Shown here: in pieces, positions 30,162 through 37,462 of the stretch
Numbering within the stretch: position 1 is the first letter of the stretch
How the letters are laid out: every line of letters starts with the position of its first letter
Assembly: GCA_005792545.1 (NCBI GenBank)
Contig: SXRM01000386.1
Location: 934-64,933 of the forward strand
Direction of reading: 5' to 3'
DNA length: 64,000 nt
Source of the DNA: Pseudomonadota bacterium
GTDB lineage: Bacteria > Myxococcota_A > UBA9042
Notes under the pieces: model-generated
Databases searched by the model: none
Told to the model about the DNA's origin: nothing
What the model saw: the letters and a program-made list of their open reading frames with translations, nothing else
Program-made: the position numbers and the translations under genes

Positions 30162-33100
30162 TCGTCGCTCGGCCGGTCGCTGTGACCGCGATTGTGTGTG
30201 CCGCGCTGCTCGCTTGTAGCGGCCCGGCGGCGTGGCGCCGCGATGTCGACGCAGATCGACTGGCCAACGAGCTGCCAGCAGACCTGGACGATCCCGGTCG
30301 GGCGCCCGCAGCCCGACGGCAGCTGGCTTGGCTGTGCCTCGTCCATGATCGGGGCTGTGCGGCAGCGGTGGCAGCGCTCGCGTCTGGTGATCCGGCTGGG
30401 CCGAGCGACGAGGCGGCGCTGCTGCGGGCGCTGTTGCGCGACGGCCATCCCGACGCAGCGCAGGCAGCCCAGGCCTGGCTTGATGTGGCGGAGGTGATGG
30501 GCCAGCCCGCGGGTGATCCGGCGATCGTCACCGCAGCACTACGGCGCGCTGCCGGGCTGGCCGACCAGCTCGATGCCAGCCGAGCGCGGACCCTGGCGGA
30601 CCACCCGGCATGGCGGCAGGCTTGGACCACCGGTGCGCCGCGCGACCGCTTGCTTCGGGCACTGGCCTGGCCGCAGCTGGCTCCGCGGGGGGAGGTTCGC
30701 CTGACGCTGCGCCAGGGGCACGCGCCACTGTCGCGGAGACTGCACGCCGCATTGCCCTGGAATGCCAACGGTCTGCGCGCCGCGCTGGATCTGCCGCTGC
30801 CCGCGACTACGGCCATCGAGTTGCCGGACGACAGCAGCGGCAGCGCGCTGCACACCTACAGCCTGGTGGGCAGCAACCCGGGCGTGTATCGCGTCTCCAT
30901 CGCGCTGCAGATCCAGGCTGGCCGCTGGACGGTCGGGTTGCAGCCGCCCGGCGCGGCGCGCGCGTGGCTGGACGGCGAGCCGTGGCCGACAGCTGACGTG
31001 TTACGCGACGCGGCGGCGGTCGACGTCCAGCTGGCGGCCGGGGTCCATCGTCTCGAAGTGGCCGTGGCCGTGGCCGAAGAGGGCGACCGCTTGCGATTGT
31101 GGGTCACTCCGGCGCCTCCCGACCCGGCGCCGACCGTGCAACCGCCGACCGATGGCGATGGTCCGCCGCTCGCCACCTTGCGCGCGCTTGCCGCGCAGCC
31201 AACTGGCGCCGCCAGGCAGTTGTGGCAGTCTCTCTCGGAACGCAATCTCGCCGTTGACCTGGTCCAACTCGCGCTGGTCCACGCGCCGGCCGAGGTCGGG
31301 TCGGCTGTGGACCGGGTTGCCGCCTCGATTCCCGACCACGTCGGCGCCCTGCTCGCCGATGTCGAGCGTCAGCTGAGCGCTGGCAATGTCCAGTTGGCCT
31401 TGCAGCAGGCCCAACGTCTGCCCACGGCCACGCGGGGGGCCTGGTCCGAAGGCCAGTGGACGGGCGGTCCCCAGCGCCTCGATGTGCACCTCGCTCGCGG
31501 CCGGGCGCTACAAGCCGCAGGCTTGCCGGACCTTGCGTTCACCCACGCCGTTGCGGCGATGGCGGGCGCAGCGGGCCGCTGTCGGCCCTGGATCGACGCC
31601 CTGGCGATCGCCGTCGACGTCGGTCGCGGCCACGACCTGTGGCGGCCCGGCGACCTCGCAGCCTTGCAGGCAGGCTGCCGCGACGAGGCCCGGCTGCCCA
31701 ACGGCCTGCTAGCGGTGCGGGCTCTGCAGGCGGCACACGCTCAGTCCGCGGACCTGGACGCCTGGCTCGGCGCGCCCGTTGCGCGGCCCGCCCGCTGGCG
31801 CCTGGCGGTGCAAGGCGGCGACGTACCCCAAGCCCCAGCGTGGGTCCACGAGGGCCAGTGGCTGCCGGTCTGGCGCGCCGTGCAGTCCGCGTGGCTGCGC
31901 GGCGATGGCGCGCAAGCCCAGGCGCTGCTCGACGCCACGCTGTTGCGCCCCGACATGCCGATCGCAGCCAAGCAGAAGGCCCTGCTGGCCGGGGCAGCGC
32001 CTCCGTGGGCCGCCTTTGTCCGCGATGGCTTGCCGTTGGCCCGCTTGCCCGACGATCCGGCTTGGGCGGCGACTGCGCGCACCGCGTGGTTGCTCGATCA
32101 AGAGATCCTGGTTCTGTTGCCCGGCGGCGGCGCGGTGCGGCGGGTTCACCAAATCGCGCGGGTGCTGCGCGACGAAGCTGCCGAAGCCGTTGGCGAGGTT
32201 CAAGTCCCCGACGGGGCAGAGCTGGAGCTGGCACGCACCATCCTGCCCGACGGCAGCGCCGTTCCGCCCGCCGACATCAGCGACAAAAGTGCGATTTCGC
32301 TGCGGGCAGTCGCTGCCGGCTGCGCAGTCGAGTTTGCCCAGGTCGCGTGGGTCCACCCCGACGACGCGGCGACCGGCGCGACCTGGCAGGCGCCGTTCCT
32401 GTTGCAGTCGCCGGACGCGCCCGTGCGGATGAGCGAATTCGTGGTGCTGGTCCCCGCCGGCATGACCGTGGACTTCGACCGATCGCCGGGCGCGCCGCCT
32501 GCGCGCGTGACCGCGGCCGGGGCGTGGACCGCCCATGTGTTCGCGTTGCGCGATCTGCCTGCGGTCGCGCAAGAACCGCGCGCGATCCGGCCAGAGCGCC
32601 ATCTGCCCAGCGTCACTGTACGGGCCCAGGCCTCGCGCCAGTCGTTGCTGGAGCCCTGGGATGAGCGTCTGGCGGCCGCCCTGGCCGCAGCTTCGCCGGC
32701 CCTGCGCCAATGGCGCGACGACACGCTTGTCACCGCGCCGGGCGCAGACGGCCGCGGCCGCTGGCGCCATTTGGCGCAGCGCATTGGCCGCGAAATCGAG
32801 CAGGACCACGCTGGCGGCCCGCCCGGCGATCCCAACGTGGCGCTGGCGCAGCAAAAGGGCGACCGCGCCGCAATCTTCTACGCCGTAGCGCGCCTGGCTG
32901 GCGCCGACGCCTGCCTGGTTCGCGCCAATGCACTGGTGCGCGACGGTGCGCCCGACCTGCCAGACCCTGCCGACTACTCGATGCAACTGGTCAGTGTGGC
33001 CCTACCTGACGGCGCGTCCCTGTGGTACGACCCCGGCCTTGAAGGTGGCGTGGTCGACAACGTCCGCAGTGGCTTGCGCGGCCGTCGCGGCTACCTGGCC

Positions 33101-33763
33101 GGGTGCGGTCGGGCTGATCGCAGCGTGGTGGTGCCCGCGCTGGGTCAGGGTCAGGATCGCCGCGACATCGCCGTACAGCTGCAGTGGGCGGCCGATGGGT
33201 CGGTCACCGGTAGCGTCACCGAGGCCTTGCACGGCGCCACTGCTGCCTACGTTGGACAATGGCTGGTCGATGCGCCCCCCGCCGAGCACGCCAAGTTGCC
33301 GACCCAACTGGCCGGCGGGGTTTTTCCGGGCTTGGAGCTGACCCTGGGCCGGACGGAGCGCAGCGCTGACGGCGACGAATTGCGCATCACCTATACGGTC
33401 GCCGCAGGGGCCGATGGCGGCCGCGCCCGCTCGCTCGACCTCGGCCTGTACCCGAGCGAAATCGGCAAGACCTTTGCCGTGCTGGAGCGGCGCGCGACCC
33501 CGCTCTCGTTTGGCTTCACCCAGGACTTGCGGGTACTACTGACCGTGCAGAGCGCCACCGGGTCGATCGCGCTGCCCGCGGCTGTCAGCGCTGAGCACCC
33601 ACAGCTGTCGTGGTCGCGCTCGGTGCGCGCCATCCCCGGTGGGGCAACGGTCGAATTCGCGCTGCGGGCTGACGCCGGCGTTGTCACACCGCAGAGCTAC
33701 GCGCTGTTCGCTCGAGCTGCGCGCGCTGCGGACGCCGCCGAGATACTGCGGTTGTCGCGCTAG
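30158..33763 (+). CDS. Paralogous lipoprotein with degenerate transglutaminase-like domain (catalytic Cys replaced by Arg, His lost): probable pseudoenzyme
   Basis: The GTG start at 30158 overlaps the upstream TGA. Lipobox VIVARPVAVTAIVCAALLAC. The region QQKGDRAAIFYAVARLAG aligns to GDCKDKATLIVALLAELG of the upstream paralog with C->R. The Asp is retained in WYDPG. Confidence 0.75.
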   Translation: MIVARPVAVTAIVCAALLACSGPAAWRRDVDADRLANELPADLDDPGRAPAARRQLAWLCLVHDRGCAAAVAALASGDPAGPSDEAALLRALLRDGHPDAAQAAQAWLDVAEVMGQPAGDPAIVTAALRRAAGLADQLDASRARTLADHPAWRQAWTTGAPRDRLLRALAWPQLAPRGEVRLTLRQGHAPLSRRLHAALPWNANGLRAALDLPLPATTAIELPDDSSGSALHTYSLVGSNPGVYRVSIALQIQAGRWTVGLQPPGAARAWLDGEPWPTADVLRDAAAVDVQLAAGVHRLEVAVAVAEEGDRLRLWVTPAPPDPAPTVQPPTDGDGPPLATLRALAAQPTGAARQLWQSLSERNLAVDLVQLALVHAPAEVGSAVDRVAASIPDHVGALLADVERQLSAGNVQLALQQAQRLPTATRGAWSEGQWTGGPQRLDVHLARGRALQAAGLPDLAFTHAVAAMAGAAGRCRPWIDALAIAVDVGRGHDLWRPGDLAALQAGCRDEARLPNGLLAVRALQAAHAQSADLDAWLGAPVARPARWRLAVQGGDVPQAPAWVHEGQWLPVWRAVQSAWLRGDGAQAQALLDATLLRPDMPIAAKQKALLAGAAPPWAAFVRDGLPLARLPDDPAWAATARTAWLLDQEILVLLPGGGAVRRVHQIARVLRDEAAEAVGEVQVPDGAELELARTILPDGSAVPPADISDKSAISLRAVAAGCAVEFAQVAWVHPDDAATGATWQAPFLLQSPDAPVRMSEFVVLVPAGMTVDFDRSPGAPPARVTAAGAWTAHVFALRDLPAVAQEPRAIRPERHLPSVTVRAQASRQSLLEPWDERLAAALAAASPALRQWRDDTLVTAPGADGRGRWRHLAQRIGREIEQDHAGGPPGDPNVALAQQKGDRAAIFYAVARLAGADACLVRANALVRDGAPDLPDPADYSMQLVSVALPDGASLWYDPGLEGGVVDNVRSGLRGRRGYLAGCGRADRSVVVPALGQGQDRRDIAVQLQWAADGSVTGSVTEALHGATAAYVGQWLVDAPPAEHAKLPTQLAGGVFPGLELTLGRTERSADGDELRITYTVAAGADGGRARSLDLGLYPSEIGKTFAVLERRATPLSFGFTQDLRVLLTVQSATGSIALPAAVSAEHPQLSWSRSVRAIPGGATVEFALRADAGVVTPQSYALFARAARAADAAEILRLSR

Positions 33764-33772
33764 CGCGAAGTG

Positions 33773-34750
33773 TCACGCGTGCCCGTGCAGTCGGCCGGTC
33801 GCTTCGTACTCTTCGACCAGTTTCTCGGCGTCGATCGCCGCCATGCAGCCCATGCCAGCCGCGCTGATGGCCTGACGGTAGCGCGAATCAGCGACATCGC
33901 CCGCCGCGAAGACGCCAGGCACTGAGGTCTGGGTCCAGCCCTTGAGCGCGATGTAGCCGTCCGGTCGCAGCTCCAGGTGGTTGCGAAACACCTGGGTGTT
34001 GGGGCTGTGGCCGATCGCCATAAATACCGCCCCGCACGCCATCTCGTCCATGGATCCATCGACCGTGGACTGCAACCGGACGGACGTCACCTTGCGGCCA
34101 TCGCCCAGGATCTCGTCGACCGCGGCATTGTAGCGCACGCTGATTTTGGGGTGCTTCTGCACGCGCTCTGCCATGATCTTGCTCGCGCGAAAGCTGTCGC
34201 GGCGGTGCACGACCGTGACGTGGCTGGCGTAGCGGGTCAGAAACGTCGCCTCTTCCATCGCCGAGTCGCCGCCGCCGACCACCACCACGTGCACATCCTT
34301 GTAGAAGGCGCCGTCGCAAGTCGCGCACGCTGAGACGCCGCGATTCATGTAGGTCTGCTCGCTCGGGATGCCGAGCCAGCGCGCGTTGGCGCCGGTGGCG
34401 ATAATCACGGTTGCCGCTTCGATCCACTCGCCGCCGCCGGTGCGCAGTCGCAAGGGAAAGCCGCCCAAGTCGACCTCGTCGATGACGTCTTCGCGGTGAT
34501 CGGCGCCGAAGCGCTTGGCTTGTTCGCGGCAGCGCTCGACCAGTTCAGGGCCGGTCACCCCCTCAGGAAAGCCAGGAAAATTCTCGACTTCGCTGGTGAT
34601 CATCAGCTGACCACCTGAGGTCATCAGGTCGCCGGACGACAGGAAGCCGCCCTCGAACACCACCGGTGCGAGGCGCGCGCGACCCGTGTAGATGGCCGCG
34701 GTCTGGCCGGCGGGTCCTGAACCGATGATGACGACTTTGTGCAGAGCCAT
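33773..34750 (-). CDS. trxB: Thioredoxin-disulfide reductase
   Basis: VVIIGSGPAGQTAAIY, redox-active ACATCDG, GGGDSAMEEA and GVFAAGDV motifs. Total 325 aa. Confidence 0.92.
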   Translation of the reverse strand: MALHKVVIIGSGPAGQTAAIYTGRARLAPVVFEGGFLSSGDLMTSGGQLMITSEVENFPGFPEGVTGPELVERCREQAKRFGADHREDVIDEVDLGGFPLRLRTGGGEWIEAATVIIATGANARWLGIPSEQTYMNRGVSACATCDGAFYKDVHVVVVGGGDSAMEEATFLTRYASHVTVVHRRDSFRASKIMAERVQKHPKISVRYNAAVDEILGDGRKVTSVRLQSTVDGSMDEMACGAVFMAIGHSPNTQVFRNHLELRPDGYIALKGWTQTSVPGVFAAGDVADSRYRQAISAAGMGCMAAIDAEKLVEEYEATGRLHGHA

Positions 34751-34845
34751 GGCGCGTTCCGGGCGCGCCTTTGCGCGGCGCGGCGGCAGCCAAGGTAGCG
34801 CGCGCTACGGACGGCGCAAGGCAGGAACCGCAGGTTCAGCCACGC

Positions 34846-36567
34846 TCACGGCTGGGGCGGTGCCAGCAGCACTTCGAACAGGCCGGTCGCGTCCGACAGT
34901 GCGCTGCCCAGCAGCAGGCTATCGACCGTGACGGCCGTGCCAGCCGAGCGCGCGCCCTTGCTTTGCGGACCGCGGGTCATGGCCGGCTGCGGCGTCGCGT
35001 TGCGCGCCAGGATCTCGACGGCGGCGTTGGCGACAGGCGATCCAGCCGCCGTCACCACCTTGCCAACGACCAGCACCGGCGCCGGCACGCTGACCGGCAC
35101 CACGGTGTCACTGCCCGGCGTGACCTCGACCTTGGCGGCCAGCCAACGCGGCAGCAGGTCGACCGGCCGCGGATGCACCCACAGCCACCAGCCGCCTGCA
35201 TCGACCGGCAGCTCGAAAACTCCCTGGGCGTTGGTCACGGTCTCCAGCGGCACCTCGCCGAGCGAAGCCGAACCGGAGAGCTCCGAAGCACTCTCGGTGG
35301 GCTGGGCGACGCGGCGCAGCCACACCTTTGCGGTGTGCAGCTTGCGCCCGGCAAAATCGACGACCGTGCCCTTGACCAAACTGCGGCGGGTGCATCCGAC
35401 CGGCAGCAGCCCGGCAGCCACCTCGACCTTGCCCGACCAGCGCGCGGCATGCGATCCGCTGGTCGGCAGCACGCTCAGCAGCGCCGGTCCGGGCGGCATG
35501 TTCATCGCCAGCCGTCCCTGGTGGTCGGTGTAGCCTTGGACTTCGACGTAGGCTGCAACCTGCTTGTTTTTGCTGTCGGCCTGGCGTTGGACGCGAACCA
35601 GAGCGCCGATCTCGGGCTCGCCGACGTCGTTCCTGACTTCTACGGTGACCGTCGCCGCGTCAGGCAGCTTGCCGGTGTCCAATTCGCCCAGTTGCAGCGG
35701 TTTGGGCTTGGCATCGGCCTTGAAGCGGCTGGCCACATCCACCGGCTCTTCCAAGCGGCCTTGCGGTAGCGCCAGAGCACTACTGGTCGGCGCAAAGGTC
35801 AGGTGGCCTGCCACCGCGCTCGGCCCGACCTGGATCGCAAACGCACCGTTCTTGTCGGTCAGTGCCGAAGTCGAGATGGTCTGCCCCGCCGCGTTGACCA
35901 GTTGCGTCCGCAGGCCGACCAGAGGCGCATGGCCCGCCACCAGCTTGCCGCGCACCTCGACGAGGCCATCGCCCTGCGGCAGCGTTATCGCTCCGTGGTC
36001 AAAGGACGCTTTCACTGTGATCTTGCTGTAGTGCGGCGGACCATCGACATCGGCATCGGGGTCGAATACCAGGTCGTAGGTCTTGCCCGGTTGGACGCGC
36101 AGCTCGTAGCCGCTGAAGGCCTTGCCGTCTTTGCCAAAGTAGCGCGTGGCCTCGTAGCGCAGTTGGTTGCCCTTGACGTCGCTGTGCGCGGTGGCCACCA
36201 GCTTGCCTTGCACTGGGGTCAGGTTGAAGGACGCACTGTAGGTCAGGTGCACGACTGCGGGCTCTGTCAACATCAGCGCCACCGGCTCGCTGCGCTTCTG
36301 CGCGTCGAGATCGAGGTCAAAGTGCTCGATGAGCTTGCCAGTAGCTTTGGGCGGGGTTAGGCGCACCGAGACTGTCTCGTCGGGCAGGTGCGCTGCGATG
36401 CAGATGCGCGTCTGGTAGCAGCGCAGGCCCGGTCCGCACTCTGCGTCACTGGTGCAGCGACTGGCCACTTCGTCGGTATCGACGCAGCCTGCGGTTGCGC
36501 CAAGGCATGCCACGAGGCCCACCGCCAACGAGGCCATGCGCGCGGTGCACATCACTTGGACCTCCAA
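34846..36567 (-). CDS. Lipoprotein with carboxypeptidase-regulatory-like / Ig-like beta domains
   Basis: Lipobox MASLAVGLVACLG...AGC. Repeated beta-sandwich-like segments (LRVQPGKTYDLVFD, GTVVDFAGRKL). Confidence 0.6.
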   Translation of the reverse strand: MEVQVMCTARMASLAVGLVACLGATAGCVDTDEVASRCTSDAECGPGLRCYQTRICIAAHLPDETVSVRLTPPKATGKLIEHFDLDLDAQKRSEPVALMLTEPAVVHLTYSASFNLTPVQGKLVATAHSDVKGNQLRYEATRYFGKDGKAFSGYELRVQPGKTYDLVFDPDADVDGPPHYSKITVKASFDHGAITLPQGDGLVEVRGKLVAGHAPLVGLRTQLVNAAGQTISTSALTDKNGAFAIQVGPSAVAGHLTFAPTSSALALPQGRLEEPVDVASRFKADAKPKPLQLGELDTGKLPDAATVTVEVRNDVGEPEIGALVRVQRQADSKNKQVAAYVEVQGYTDHQGRLAMNMPPGPALLSVLPTSGSHAARWSGKVEVAAGLLPVGCTRRSLVKGTVVDFAGRKLHTAKVWLRRVAQPTESASELSGSASLGEVPLETVTNAQGVFELPVDAGGWWLWVHPRPVDLLPRWLAAKVEVTPGSDTVVPVSVPAPVLVVGKVVTAAGSPVANAAVEILARNATPQPAMTRGPQSKGARSAGTAVTVDSLLLGSALSDATGLFEVLLAPPQP

Positions 36568-36583
36568 GCGCGCGGTCGCAGGC

Positions 36584-37084
36584 TCACGGGCACGCCTCTG
36601 ACAGTTCGATGGGCCAGGTCACGCTCGCGGACAGCGTGCCCGCCGGCACTTTGACCAATTGCTTGGCGTCGACCGGTTGATTGGCATCGACAGGCAACGC
36701 CTGATCGGCGACGTAAAGCGACAGCGTGTGCTTGTCGAAGTTGACCTCGCCGAGATTGCACACAAACAGGCGGCATACGGGCTCGTTGCCGCAAGTCTTG
36801 CGAGCCGCAGGTTTGGGCCCCTTGGCCAGATCGTAGAACCAGTAGTAGTACAGGGGCTGGCGCGTGCCGTAGGCGCGAATGGCCTGCTTGACGCTGAACT
36901 CGGTGCCGTCGGCGTTCGAGCGCATGACTTTGGTCGTCTCCAGCTGCGGCGACAGGTCGCTGGTCTGGATGACCAGCAACGGCGCAATCGGCGCCACCAC
37001 GGGATCGACGGGCGCCGGGATCACACAACCGCCCAGGCCCATCGCCCACAAAACGGCAACCAAAGCTGCGATAAGACGCCACAT
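36584..37084 (-). CDS. Small lipoprotein (166 aa), unknown function
   Basis: Internal Met at 37084 gives MWRLIAALVAVLWAMGLGGC, a signal plus lipobox. The ORF-track N-extension is junk. Confidence 0.55.
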   Translation of the reverse strand: MWRLIAALVAVLWAMGLGGCVIPAPVDPVVAPIAPLLVIQTSDLSPQLETTKVMRSNADGTEFSVKQAIRAYGTRQPLYYYWFYDLAKGPKPAARKTCGNEPVCRLFVCNLGEVNFDKHTLSLYVADQALPVDANQPVDAKQLVKVPAGTLSASVTWPIELSEACP

Positions 37085-37462
37085 GGTGCCAGGTTGTCGT
37101 TGAATCGCGCACGGTTGTACTGACGCCCTCCACCAAAGGAGCCAGCCGCGGCGCCGGGAAGGCACCGCAGCACCGCCGCCGATGCTAGCGAAAACCGTGC
37201 CAATCTGAGGCAGGCCCCGCCAAGTTTGATTGCGGTGTCTTGTAGTTTTCGACAGTTGCGTCTGCAATGCACGCCGAGCGCGCCAGCCATCTGCGGGTCC
37301 GGCGCCGCCCGATCATGACACGATTGTCAGCCGCCGGCCATGAATTGCCGCAACTTCGCGCTTCATGCCTGCAATATCAGCGCATTGTAGCCGAGCTGCG
37401 CCCTGATCCACGCGTCGCAACCGCCTCGGCTGGTTCGCTGGCGTGGCTGGTCTGGCACAAGC

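Noticed and set aside
27618-32986. Several 370-450-aa minus-strand ORFs (27618-28970, 29019-30140, 31709-32986) inside the transglutaminase-like genes
   Set aside because: Antisense to long coherent plus-strand frames with signal peptides and a TGase core. Compositionally junk.
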